A stretch of DNA of 64,000 nucleotides, taken from NCBI GenBank assembly GCA_013265495.1, contig MU058781.1, positions 5,645,050 to 5,709,049 of the forward strand. The letters are read 5' to 3'. Position numbers and translations under genes: made by a program. Source of the stretch: Vicugna vicugna. Lineage: Eukaryota. This document shows, piece by piece, positions 1 through 13,570 of the stretch (position 1 is the stretch's first letter; each line of letters begins with the position of its first letter). The notes beneath the pieces were generated by a model. It had not been told where the DNA came from, searched no databases, and saw only the letters and a program-made list of their open reading frames with translations.

Positions 1-1664
1 AAAAATAAATGTCTAATTTTCTTAGCCTCTGTGTGTGTAGGAGTGGGGGGAGTGGGGGGAGCAGTTGGCATGAAACTACACCTAATCCTGTTACAAACAG
101 ACCTTAGAGGTCATAATAGACTTTATTTTACAGATAAGGAAACTAATGAGTAAAGATCAACATTGATAAATGTCTCAATCAGGGAAGCAGAGTCGGCGAA
201 TTAATTACACTTCTGTTTAATCTTCTACTTCTAAAGATAGATGATGGCAGTTCTATTTTATATGCCCATCAGTATCTGTTAAATGAATATAGTTTTATAT
301 TTCACATGTCTTTGAATTTCTGAACCTCCAAGGTCTTCCAACTGGCACATTTAATCCCAAATCACACATACTCAAGGAGTAAGATATTAAACAATAAAAA
401 AATGTAAAGAGGCCTAGTAATGAATAGACGAGAAATTTTTCTCTCCTGTTATGTTCATTAGCTGGCTCGTGTCTTAATCGGCATTTTAGTCCATAAATCT
501 ATAAAATGATGCTAATTTGCACTGATGTTTTAGAGAGTGCTAAATGGAGATTTTCAAATTTAGGGGATGAGTCAGTATCTGAAATGTTAAAAAGTTCTTT
601 ATTTCCAATATGTATGCAAAGTAATCGATATACTCCAGCCATAAAATACACTCCCAGATGCTTTTACAGAATAAGACTGAAACGAATGGATTTTACTAAA
701 CTGACAAAACTCACTACATCCAATTACCGAGAAAAAATAAACTAACTGCCTCTACCTGAGGCACCCCCATGCCCCCACCCCTACCATCCTCACTTCCACA
801 AATCACTCTATGGCCATTAAAAAATAGAAGGAAGCTTTTCCCCTTTATGTTATAGTAACTTCAAATCAGCTACCTAGTCTTCTAAAACACCTGTTTTTTC
901 CCCCTAACAATTCAAAATGAAAATGGTAACAGGGGATGGGCAACGTGGTTTTCCCCTGTTCTGTTCCCCCCTCCGGTCACTTCTCTGCCCACCCCCCGCA
1001 TGAACAAATAAACCCAGTATCCAACAGAGGTTCTTTTGCCCTCTAGTTATGACCCAAAATTTGGAAGGACAGTGTGCATCCTTGCAAATAAAAGCCATGA
1101 GCCGTGGAGTAGCAGAATCATAATCTTGCCCTGTGTGATGTGATCAATTAGATTTACTTGGAGAATGCCTATAGATGGGGTTAACCTCTCACACCAGCAC
1201 ACATCTATGGTTTCACTCTTGGCTTCTGAGCAATTACAGACATTTAAAGATGTACCAAAGGACATCCGTTTTCAATACCCTTTGCTGTTCACAAGCGTCT
1301 CTGATATCTCCAGCATCTGCTTAAATGCTAGCTTACCTTACAGACAGACTTCCCTTCTTTGTTTCATTCCACTAGGGCTGAGTCCTTGACTTGAGACTAT
1401 TTGCCTCGGAAAATTTTTCTCTACCTCCGCAAAGAACGATTGCTGTGTATAATCGTCTCTGAAATACTAACGTAAACCAAGAAATCATGTGTCATAAACT
1501 ATGAGGCTATTAGTTATGAAGAGCAATATTGATATTTACCTTCTGACTCGTCATGCTGGAAGGCAAAGCAGAAAAAAACCTGCATTTCCCTGGCTCCTGT
1601 GCCAAGATAAAGAACCCATGTGCATCTTACCTCTTCTGCCTTTTTAGATGGGGGAATAACACTA

Positions 1665-1890
1665 GTGGCGATAATAATGCCATGATGTTCATTCAAAGCA
1701 CTTTCATTTGCATCATTATCTGATTTGTTCCTCCCAGGAATCCTGCACAAGGTGGGTATTATGAATACTATAAGGTCCAGAAAAGAGAACAGATGCAGAA
1801 GGTTAAATGATATGTTCCAGGCAACCCAGACGGAGGACGGCAGGACTGCTGCTTCCACCGTCAAGTTCAGCAGGAGCTGTTCTTTCCACG
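1665..1890 (-). mobile_element. MIR SINE remnant (highly diverged)
   Basis: Antisense MIR-like core 'aatcctgcacaaggtgggtattat...gaaggttaaatgatatgttccaggcaacccag'; boundaries approximate. Confidence 0.5.
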
Positions 1891-2289
1891 TGAACCCCTT
1901 GCACCTCCACCCACTCTGGACATATTTCTTTCAATGCAACTGTTTTTCATTTGGGTCCACTCTTTGATTCCCTAATGACAATCAGAGCTCTGAAAGGTAC
2001 AGCTCTATTACAGAACAGAATAGGCAAGAGCCATGGGGCAGCAGAGTCATACTAAACTACAAAAGCTTAGCAGTTAGTAGTGGAGGAGCTACTAAAATTG
2101 CTTTCCCCTTGGTTTTATAAAGTTTCAAGAGCAAACAGTAAAAACTGAGTAATGTAATAAAAAGAACTAGCAAACAAAGATGGTCTTAGGAAAAGTTGAG
2201 ACAACCATGAGAGAAGAAATAAGTGTTGTTTTTTCCCCCAGATGTCTAGGTTATCATCAAAACTAGTATTTGTAATGTAGGACTAAAAT

Positions 2290-2560
2290 ATTTATTTTTT
2301 CCAACATAAAAATAAAATATGCTTACATTTGGAAATATAGAAATTTCAAAAAATTCCATAATTCCACCAACCTGCTATATTCATTATCTATATTTTGATT
2401 ATTTTTGGGCGTGTGTATATATAAAACATGTAATCTATGTGTAATATATGACATACTGTATATAACGTATACTTAAAGCTATCATTTATTTATGTATATT
2501 TACAGAATTAGAACAATTCTGAATATATAATTCTAAATTCTACTTTTCTTTCACTTAGTG
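2290..2560 (-). mobile_element. Old L1 (L1ME-like) 3' end remnant
   Basis: AT-rich antisense L1M 3'UTR-like motifs 'aattccataattccacc', 'ctacttttctttcacttag'. Confidence 0.4.
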
Positions 2561-5500
2561 TGATTTGAATTACAGGATGGAATCAACTATTTTTTTAACA
2601 CTAGTTAAAGGACAAAATAAAACTGGAAAAAGTTTGTAACTAACTGTCAAAAGCATTTGGTAAGTAGTTTTGGTATATAAATTAATGGAGCTAAATCTTA
2701 ATCAATCAGCAAATACCAGTTGAGGCCTAAGCAGCGGGACTCATTCTAGGAGGCAGGCTTGGGGATGTGCTGGTGGGTAACGCACAGTCCTTGAGGCTGG
2801 GAGCTGACAACCCAGAGCCTCAGAAATCAGGGAAAGGCAATAAATTTGAATGAACTGGGCTCAGTTTGCTTTCACACTACCTAGAAAGAACAGTTTTGCA
2901 AGGCAAACGAATGGTATAAACGGTACTCTAAGAATAACATTTTATTTATTTACAAGAAGGAACCATAATCACTTAAAAAATACCCAACTGCACACAAATA
3001 TTTTAATTAAAAATGCGTATCTACCCAAGCACCTATATGTGCTAAACATGAGCTAATACAGGAACTAAAAATGATGTAGGTATATTCCTTTTATGTTTTT
3101 GGCTTTCTCTAAGCACGTGAATAAGTGAGGACTTACTGTGCCAAAAGGACTTAACGGTCTTTGCAGATGTTTGTATTTCTAATTAGTGCTAGTCCCATTT
3201 CAGCTGGTCAGATAAGAGGAAATGTGATAACAAAAGTCATACGATATGCTGATCTGTTACGAGAAATACTAATATTTAAACTGATTTGATAAAAGTGTCT
3301 TAATTTGGTTTAATCCCAGGTGTCTAAAAAGGTCCCAGAAATTCACACATTTCTTTGACTCCTTTCTCTACTGGACCAAGTGACATGGCAAAATTTCTGT
3401 AATGTAGTAACTGATCAAATCCAGGGCAGACCAGAGTCAATAAGCCTATGCAATGTTGTTGAGAGACTTTTTCAAAATCACATTTTCTTAAAATCAACCA
3501 GTCAAGGCATTTTGCATAGCCGACCTACTTCTCTTTTATAAAACTGGAAGGAATATTAGGAAAACAGAAAGTTGAGCATCTCAGTGGATGCCAAGAAGAA
3601 GACTGCTTTGGAAGAAAGGTTGGCATGGAGCCTGAATCCTCCCACATCCTTGGTCTCATCAGACCCGGGGCCAGACCAATGAGACAGAAGAGAAGGCAAC
3701 TAAAAGAAGCAGAAGATCTGGAGAGAAAGAAGAGAATGGAAAAGAGGCTGAGAGAGAACAGGCGAGGACCTCACAGGTGGAACAGACAGGTGAGCTAGGA
3801 AGGACTGCAAACAGGTAAATCCCTCCAACACAGAAATGCAGTAACTCCATTTAACCCATCAAACATCTAGCCCCAGACCTGTCAAATGGAGAAAGTGGCT
3901 TCCACTTGGCAATGGCTGGCAGGAATTGTCATTTCTGAGATGCTGAGAGCCCATGTACACAATCCACTGACTCCTTTACAGTAGTATTAATAGCCAAGAG
4001 CCTGAAAATGTGGCTGGCGTAGAGTGGAGAAGGTAGGGATGAGAGCTTTCTATGGCAGAAAGGAGGCACGTGATATGAGGCTTGACAAGAGGTCCAAGGG
4101 GATGTTCTGGTCTTGCTACCTGAGCATGTCTCTGTTTAAGGCTGGGAGTCTGCAACCATCACCTGTATTCTTATGTCCACTATGGCTTGATAGTAGGGTT
4201 TTACTTACAGATGATCCGGGTACCGCTTGAAAATGATTTAACATTTCTTGTTTGTGCCTTCGTTTTTCCATTTATCCAATTGTTACCTATCTCATTTTCT
4301 GTCTGCCTCATGGACATGTTAATGTGCACCAGCAAAAGGCAATTATTAGCAAGAGCCAAGTGAAAGGTAAATAGCAAATAGACCTTTTGATCCGTTCCAC
4401 CCACATTTCTTGGTGGAAGAATCCAGCCCATTCCAGGAGGCGGTTTGGATGCCATACTTTTATCAGGTTAATGGCATCACACGCAGGTTAGACCTGTTTA
4501 CCCCCTCAACATCCATGTGAACTTTGTAGTGTTCTTCCTATTGCTGATAACAACCTAGTTATGCGTCAATATGTAATACCAGTGTTTTTCTATAGACACA
4601 ACACTGCACATGAATCATGATGACATAAACCATGTGATAACATTGTAACGACAGTCTAACAATATAGCAATCGCTCAATAAACAAGTTCCTTAGCAGCTC
4701 TGCACCCAGATCTGTACCAGAAGCTTTCAGGATGGGGACAGGTCCAAAAAAAAGAGATGGTATCCCTGTTAAGAAGGAGTTTACAATCCAGTTGGAAAAA
4801 AATAAGGCTCACAGATAACAAAATTAGAGGACAAAATCATATTCAGTTAAGTGCAAAATCGCAGAGTACAGTCAATTAGCAAGCCACAGGTTTATCAGAA
4901 GCAAGAGTAGCTTAACAACTTTTCTTACTGTAAAACCCTAGTTCGGGTCAGCTTAAACATTAAATCTGGTTTCCCACAACTGATTAACCTGAAAATGGTT
5001 CAGCACAACACTAATCTGTTAATTTCACAAGCTATAAATGCCATCTATAATAAGTTCCACAGAGCCCTTTCCTGGATTCACGGCGATGAGGCCCTGCTAG
5101 CACGCTCTCCGATGCTGGTTTTAATGAGCACCTCTGGACCTTAATGAAATATCATAGGTCCAACTGAGCATCAATTAAAGAGAAAATGTCTCAAAAGGTA
5201 TAAATGGCGATGCATCAACAGTGGCACACTGCTCCGGGTTAGCGCTGTTGAAAGGATGCTGGGAGGGCTGGAGGGTAAGTGTGCCCCGCAGACCAGCGCC
5301 TCCCACCTCTGTCTAACGTGGAGATAAGCTGCGGCCGGCCGGGATAGAAGGAGGAAACCCCCGCACGCAAATGTTCTGGGGATACTGTTGAAGGAGAAAC
5401 TCTGAAAGAAGAGAGATACATCTGTTCAACATATAATACCTTTGGTGGAACCTGCATGTTTGCTCCTGTTTTTCCAAGGGAAACAGGAGAGCATGGCATT

Positions 5501-8500
5501 AGCCAGAGCTGCAGAAAATGAATTTCGCAGAAATGCGAAAAGGCATCCCCTGCCAACTTTGCTTCAGAAGAACACCTCTTGGGCTGGCAGAGAAAAGGCA
5601 CCCACCACCCCACCCCCGGTTCCCCACGTACCTGGTGACTTGGCAGAAGTGCCACAGAGGACAGACGATGAGAAGAGCTAGACCAAGCCAGGACAGTCGC
5701 CCGCCCCAGCACACAGAGCCCAGATGTGCTCAGACTCCAAGACCACATCAAAAGAAGACCAGAGAGAGAGGCGTGCTAAGGAAAGCTCTGGACTCTCAGG
5801 AAGGATTCGGAAAGGATGCGTTCTCGTCCAGGCTCGACTCCACCGATTCCCATGACTGAGCCGTCTTCAACAGAAAACTCCTTTTCTTTTTCAAGCACAA
5901 ATAGTTAAACTTTTAGCCCTGTTGCTTAGGGTCCAAAGCAAATATCTGCAGGAAAAGTGTCTCTGAGGAAACAGCTGTCAACAATTCTGCAACTCCTTTA
6001 TCTACTACAGATGTGAACATGTATCCATAGCCCCCCAGAATGTCCCTCCCGCGCCTGCTTGCAAAAACAGCAGGATTGACAAATTCTTCATTCCTGATAC
6101 CACGCGAGTTTCTGGGGACCTGGATGGAACCCTTCATTCAATTTTAGATCGTGAGAAAAGGCTGGGCAGTATGAACTCCTTGTGATTTGTACATAAATGC
6201 TGGGTAAATTCCCATGATAATGATGTCTGTATCTTTGTTTTTTCCCCTATTTCTTGCCCTTCTGTAATTGTTAATAACGAAAGGGCTCTCTCTACCCCAA
6301 ATTTAGCCATCTGTACCCTGTTCTGATATAAGCTGGCATCACCCATGTCAGACCAACATTGACTTGAGAATCAAAATAGTTCAAGCTATTTGCTTTGGAA
6401 AATGCACTCCACTGTGAATCTGCTCCATGGCCTCTGTGTTTCCTTCTGCTACAAGAAAAAAAGACTGAATAGGGACAGAAAGAAAAAAAAAAAGCCTGAT
6501 AAAAATGGACTCTCTGTCCAATTAGCTACAGAGTTTCCAACAGGGTTTTGCTTCAGACACTGTGCGATTTAATGCCATCCACAAACCTGGGCACTGGCGT
6601 TTCCCGCCCCCATGGCACGGCTGTCTGCGGGACGGCACATGGTACACTAATAGCACACTTATTATTAGATTTTCTGCATGGTTACATAAGTCTACAAAAG
6701 GGGAAAATGTAAATGATTCAGGAAGAGATTCTTCATGTGGTTCTCATGAAATCTTCAATATCCTCAGACTTAGGAAGAACTCTCCTGGCAAGATACAATC
6801 AATTTTCACGCTTCATTAGGGAAAAAAGTCCTTTCAGTAATGTCAGGGAAATGGCTACAGGCAAAGGAGGAAAAAATTACACCCTGGACTGAACAAAAGC
6901 CCAAGGCACTTTGGACTAAATCCTTCCTCTGTGCCCACAGCATATCTGAAATGGAAAGGGATATTCGCTTGGGGTCGACGGGGATTGTGTTTGGACGAGT
7001 CGGTCTACCCACAGGCTTTCACTTAATCCGGCAGAACTCATTATCGATCGGCCAATTTTTTATGACTCTGAATAGACTGCAGGTTAAACCGACCACAGGG
7101 CCCGCCTCCAAGAAAAACGCACTTTGCAGTGACGCGAAGGAGAGCGCCGACGTGGGGCCTCTGGGGTGAGGAGGAGAAGGTGAGAGGGAGACCCACACAC
7201 ACCGAGTTTCCTCTAAGGGGAAAAAAATTCATCACACCAAAGTATTAGTGTCCTTTTCATTAAAAAGCTATACCTTTTCCCAGACAGTGAGTCCCTTCAT
7301 TTCTTAAAAATCAAGGATACGAAAATTCATTTCTTAAGAATGCTTTTTGGTGTTTTCTGCCCCTTGACTAATAGTGGGCAGCCTCTGAAATCACTTCTTT
7401 CTTTTTCCTCCTCTCTCAACCAGATGTTGACACTAAATTTTCCTTTTCGGTCTCAAAATAACTTGTCTTTCGAATTGTTCAATTTAAAAGCACTGTCAGA
7501 CTGTCACTACGCTCACTCAAGGAAGTTACTGTGCACAGACAACTGTAGACATCCTTGAAAGATGAAAACTGTACCCAGAAATACCTGTCTTCTAGGCTAG
7601 GGACCTAGCCATCTCATTTCAAAACTGTTTAACTCATTAAGTCATCCATTCACTTACACGAGTGCTCCCAGCATCCTCAAAGGGAAGGCAAGCAGTACCT
7701 GTGCCCACAAATTCACGGGCAGATAGAGATGGGTCATTTCGGACGAGCTCCTCGAGACAGGGATATACTTAATAACTGGCTTAGGAAGTAAGAAAAGAGA
7801 GAGGAAGGGAAAACAGGAAAAAGGAACAAAGTCAGAAAACACAGAAGGCCAGCATGGGCGATGCACGTCCCCCTGGTGGGGAGCGGAAGGTCTCTGCTTT
7901 CCAAAGGTGTGCGCTGGCTGGGCGGCAGGATTTCCGACAAGCTGGGACGTGTGCTTCTCCGACTTCATTCAGGATGCAATCCAGGCACCCATCCCTGACT
8001 TGTGAGCGCCCCAATAGGCCTAGATTGTGCGCAGGGTGCATTGCAGCCCTGGGAACAACAAATCGGGTCCACCCTTCTTAGAAGAGAGGCCAGGAGAAAG
8101 GGGACCAACGCAGGATCCAGACCAGGGGACTGAGACCCCATTTCTCATCTGTTCACAGACCTTCAGTGGGTGTCTCCTGCACGCCAGGCGGACTAAGAAC
8201 ATAAAAACTTAAGCTCAATAATTCTTAAATTTTACGAGGCAGCAGGCGTTACAGCCTCATCCCGGGCTAACTGAGAGGCTTGATTATTTTTGGTCGAATA
8301 TCCCTGCAGGTCCCTGCGGCGGGATCTCCTTGTCTGGGCTCTTTTAGGGGGGGCAGTAAGGAACTGGCATCCACGTCATTTTTTTTTTTTTTAAAGGTTT
8401 CTCTACCTGAAAATGCCAGACACACTTCAGATGTGAAAGGCATCGCGGGGCTCCGGGAGGGCGGCTGATGCACATGAGGGCTCTTAAGTGGGTGTAGAAG

Positions 8501-8724
8501 CCTGTTGGGCTGATTGTCTTTTCTGCACACGCGCACTCCAGGGCTCACAGGCTTGTAGGCCATAAATAGCTCTTAGGGGAGTGTGAGATTACATCACAGA
8601 CTCGAGAGGGCCTTGCTCCCTGAAATCAATGAATGCTTGACACCCGTCTCCCTAAAATGGGACTCTGTTGAATGAAGGGCTGCCAGACTCAGCCTGACCC
8701 CTCAAAATCATCACTTGTGAGCAT

Positions 8725-9103
8725 TGTTAGGGGACGAATTGTGTCCCCCTGAAATTCACATCTGCAAGCCCTGACCCCTCACATCTCAGAATGGGACTGT
8801 ATCTGGAATTAGGGTTATTGCAGATGTCATTAGTTAAAACGGGGTCAGACCAGAGTCGGGTGGGTCTCTGACCCAATGTGGCTGGCGTCCTGATAAAAGG
8901 GGAGACCTGGAGTTATGCTCCCACAAGCCAAGGAACAGAAGGGCTGAAACAGACCCTTCCCTAGCACCTTCGGAGGGAGCAGGGACCTGACGCCACCTTG
9001 ATTTTGGACTTCTAGTCTCCAGGGCTGAGAGAGAGTAAATCTCTGTTGTTTAAGCCACTCAGTTGGTGATGCTTTGTCACAGCGTCCCTGGCAGACCAGC
9101 ACA
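8725..9103 (+). mobile_element. ERVL-MaLR solo LTR (MLT1C/MLT1B-like)
   Basis: TG...CA termini; diagnostic MLT1 segments 'gaattgtgtcccc', 'ccacaagccaaggaac', 'caccttgattttggacttctag', 'aatctctgttgtttaagccac'; flanks AGCAT (8720-8724) and GGCAT (9104-9108) form a 4/5 match 5-bp TSD. Confidence 0.9.
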
Positions 9104-10674
9104 GGCATACGATGTTCTCTGTGTGTGAAAGAATGACTTCATCCCCCAGCGACTGAGAGTCAGATATCAAGCCATAATATCACCATCTGAGCCCCTCTCA
9201 GCTTCCACTGTGCCCAGGTACCCAAACCGCAGGACTCTCACTGAACACTAAAGACAGGTGCACTGTATCCCCCAGTGACCTGAGCTGTCTCTCTTCCAGG
9301 ATGGACAGCAACCGGCCAGGTTATCCACACCAGGCATCACGATGCACTCCACTACTTCTCAGGGAGGCACCAAACCTCCCACCAGCTCGAGAAATTCCCA
9401 ATTGTCAGGCAAATGTGGGGTATTATTATCAACATATTCAATCTAAGAGCCACTGACATGTCTATGCTGATCAATGTCTACGCTTACAGCTTTAAAAACC
9501 CTGATTTATACAGAGTGGACGTTTATTCAAAACAGATCCCACAGCCCGAATTGAGGCTCCAGTAATTGATAATTGGCTATTATTAGTGATCTTACCCAAT
9601 GAGGAACTAAGAAGCTCTTTGGAAGATTTTGCTTTTTCTGGAAACGGGATCAGCTGAGAAAATCAATCATGCACAGAAGCTAGGGGTAGGGTAAGGTGAG
9701 AGGACAGGGATGCTTAAACTGTTACTTATGAAACTGTGTAGTTTTAAAAATTCAAAACTTTTAAAGCAAGTCTTCCAATTTCTCCATGACAGTGAACATG
9801 CTGACATTTAAGGTCTGTGGCTGTAACCCATGTAGAGGTGGGGGCTGGTCTCCCATGATGTGTGTCCCATTTATAGGAAACATACATCTGATGCCAGGAA
9901 GAGCTGGTGTCAAGTTTTTAGGGAGGGCTTGGCCAAAGTTTTCTGAGCAGGCATGGGGACCCCGGGGGGATGGAGGGCCGGGGAGCAGGGAGGGTGTGGC
10001 ACTTACTAGATGGCGCCACACACAGAATGACTTTCTAAACCGACTTTTAGACATCCCTCCCCAAGTTCCGATTCACCTGGCAATCACTCCTCACCTCGTC
10101 CCCCATCTCCCCCTATGCCCTCTCAGAGGCCCTGACCCAGGCTGTTCCCATGTCCTTCCCTGCTTTGCTGCCGTATTTCTCTTGAGGGGCAATTTGGTCT
10201 AATCTCAGCTTCATCATTCACCTTTCTGATCCTACAGCAAGAGAGCCGGCTTGACAAGCAAAGAACTAGTCCTCCTGAGATGGGGAGGAGGGGACAGGAT
10301 GCACATGTTTATGGTTTGTAATTTTTCTCTTTTATTCGTGACAGAACGGGGAGGGCTTGTACTTAGGGATACTTTGTTATACCAGACTTATTCCGCCTGA
10401 GCTCTTTACGCTTACTAAATGCACTTTAAAATTCTATTTCCTTTTCTTTTTACAAACTATAAAATTTAGTCTTTCACTTAATGGGAGAGGCAGTGGAGCT
10501 TAGTACTCACAGTAAACGCTCAATATATTTCATCTATTATTGATGACAATTAATACTGGATTTACACCCCAATAATTCACCACTTATTAAAACATAATTC
10601 TTAAAATATAAGTCACCCACACACACTGTCTTGTTTATGGTCATTAGATCATTCCGCTAATAGCTCTGCCTGAA

Positions 10675-10770
10675 CAATTTATTCATTCAACATCTAAGTG
10701 CCGGGCACTCAGCTAGTAACATGGAGACAAAGATGGCTAAGAGGCATCGCTCCTGCCTCACGTGGATGAT
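10675..10770 (-). mobile_element. L2 LINE 3' end remnant
   Basis: 'tttattcattcaacatctaagtgccgggcact' is the antisense L2 tail. Confidence 0.55.
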
Positions 10771-11509
10771 GGGCTGATACACCAGGAAATTAGCTTGACT
10801 CGGGACACTCTTTCGGCCATTGCGGTAACGGCCAGCACGCTAGCATAGAAAGAAAACATTAACCTGTCTTCAAAAAGGTTACGAATGCAAGGCCAACGAC
10901 AGGACACCTCACTCTACTATCATGAACTTGGGTCAATAAAGGAAGTCTCCATTTAAAGAGAAAACCCGGGGCAACTTTGCTAATCTGCGAACAGAAAATT
11001 AGCCAATGCCAGTTCATACCAGCAATTTTCAATTGGTCACGCCAAGCTTACATGGAGTACGTGGGCTCCAGTCCTTTTGTACATCTTAAGTTCTATTTTG
11101 TACTTCCAGGTAATTCAAGGGACTCATGCACCTCACACAGCAAGACTCTAATGTCACTTTTTGAACGGCAAGGTGATTCCACCTCTTTCACTACCAGAAA
11201 GTTGTATCTTTGCTTCTTCAGATACACCTGCCTTTTCTGACTTTTCTCCATGTATTCAGGACAGTTAAAACCTTCACAAACACTCTTCCATTGATTGTTT
11301 GGGATACAGATCCCATATAAAGAGAGTTGTGACAAAAGAACTGAACGTGGGGTAAGTCCCCAGAAGGTTATCCAGAAACAGAGTGTGACCTTCCTCGGAA
11401 TGGGGTGACTGTGAGACACGAGACAGAACAAAGGGCACAGATGGCTGGGAACATGAGTGTGTGACATCTCTTCAGAGCCATTCCCACTTCTATTCAGCCT
11501 CAAGACTTC

Positions 11510-12190
11510 ACTCATTCATGGAATAACTGCTTACTGACTGCCTACTCTGTTCCAGACACATGAAATAGAAGATCTAAAAGACAGTTCTCGAGTTCATAGT
11601 ACCTACTCTCAAGAAGACAGTGAAATCCCACATGATGATTTCACTGGCAGGAAGCACAGCATAGCTCAGTAAGACCATAAGGGAGAAGTCAGGGTGGACT
11701 TCCTGGAGGAGGCAGCAATGTTGAGCTTGAAGAATACACAAGAATTATCATATATGAAACCAAGGAGAATAGCTCTAGACAGAGGAAGGAGCGTGTGCAA
11801 AGGCACGTGGAGTCACATGGGGGAATAGGTTACACTGGGGGAAGTACAAGTATAGAGTGTCAGGAGGGGAGGAAGGAAGGAAGCAAGCAGGGCCCCTCCC
11901 TACCCAAGACATCTCCTGAAGGCAATGGAAAGTCTCCAAAGGGTTAAGCAGGGTCATTTTCATATTAGAAAGGTCACTCTGGTCACAAGATGGAGGATGG
12001 TGGGAAGGGACCAAGTTGTACAGGCAGAGAGAACAGTTGGGAGGAGCTTGCTCCAGTGCCATCGCGGTATCACAAGGTCCGAGCTGGCGCAGGGGCCGTG
12101 CGGATGGCGAAGAGGAGGCAGAGAGGAGAGAGGCTGTGCAGGCAGAATGCACACCATGGTTACTCCGTGGTTGGATGTGGGCCCACGAGG
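11510..12190 (-). mobile_element. L2 LINE fragment
   Basis: Antisense L2 motifs 'cattcat...actgcctactctgttccagacac', 'cttcctggaggaggcag', 'gtgtgcaaaggcac', 'ttagaaaggtcactctgg'. Confidence 0.75.
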
Positions 12191-13459
12191 AAGGGTGGGG
12201 GCTCCTGGCTGGGCTGGTGTTATTCACACAAGGGATACAGGAGAAATAATGTAACACCTTTTTTGTAACCCAGTGCTTTCATTTCCCATGTTGGCTCTAG
12301 GATCAAGTTAAAAAATCTTTTTAACTTGCAACGAAGGCTCCAACACCCCCACACAGTGGGCAGTCAATGTACATCAGCTGATTTGGAGACCTGAACAGAC
12401 ATACCACAATAATTTTTTCCATCCGACAACCCATCAGCATTTTCTGAATGACTGCTTTGCCTTCGTGAAAGAAGAGAAATAGCTTGTAACTTATTCGGAG
12501 AATCAGCACAAACATTTCTCTGATAAGCTAGCTGCTCATCTCAAACACGTTTTCCCTTCTGATACAGGATTCTAGCTCATTCATCTGACCATTACCCACC
12601 ATGATTCCTATCTTCCTCTTGGCGAGGGTCCCTGTCCCCTCCTTCACATAGAAGGTTATTCATCTTCCACAAGATAAATTTCTAGGGAGAGACAGATGCT
12701 CGTTCTAAGAGAACAGTCATCCCCACACACGATGACACATCGCAGGCTCTACAGCAGTCTGCATTATTGGATTGTTAGGTTCTTTTCCTGGCAAAGAAGC
12801 CACGATGCAGGAGCTGATGCAGAAGTAATTAAGCGGAGGTTGCTCCTCAAAGTTCCCATCCATCACTCCTCCTTGCCATTCTCCCCTCCCAGGGATGACA
12901 CCACGTCAGCTTGCTTATAGGGGAATCTGCAGCAAGTTCTTTGCGTTGCTTCTGCTGCTGCTTTGTAGACTGCTGGGGAGTGCTGACAGCCCGTTAACCA
13001 TGAAAAATGGGAGTTCGGGACTGGAGGTGGCTGAGAACATATTAACATATTTGCAAAGGCACCAGAGAGTTAGAATAGTTACGCTGAGAACTTAAACATT
13101 CCCTTTCAGATCCAACTGAGCCCTCGACTTGGAACTTTTACATAAAATAAGGATAAATCGATGATAAAACAACACATGGGCAGAGATGCTGTGTTCTTCT
13201 AGAAAGTCAGGAGAGCAAATGCAAGGGCCCCCTGAGCTTTCCTGACCTGCATCAGGCCACCTGGATAACAGCTCCCTGGCAAAGGAGAAATGGCTTTTGT
13301 AAGGAGTACAACGGGAGACAAAATAAAAGAAAGAAATGCATGTCAGCACTAAAAGAGGTTCCTATAGAGCAATTAGCATAACTCCTTAGGCTGACAGGCT
13401 GAATGCCTCTAAATAGGGACAGAACACCATCCTCTTATGTCACTTTCTTAGAGATCTGT

Positions 13460-13570
13460 TTCCTTATTATCTAAAGACAAAGGTCATGTCTTAGTCATTA
13501 CAAATATGATGTGTCTAACAGCACCTGACATATAATAGATGCATAAGAAATATTAGTTTGTTAAATAAAT
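13460..13570 (+). mobile_element. L2 3' terminal remnant
   Basis: 'cagcacctgacatataatagatgc...aaatattagtttgttaaataaatg'. Confidence 0.45.

Noticed and set aside
7699..7835. 81-nt in-frame minus-strand exon (7699-7779, PVIKYIPVSRSSSEMTHLYLPVNLWAQ) after a long pyrimidine tract
   Set aside because: The acceptor is AAG, the donor CAG|gtactg is weak, and the peptide is not recognisable. Support is insufficient.
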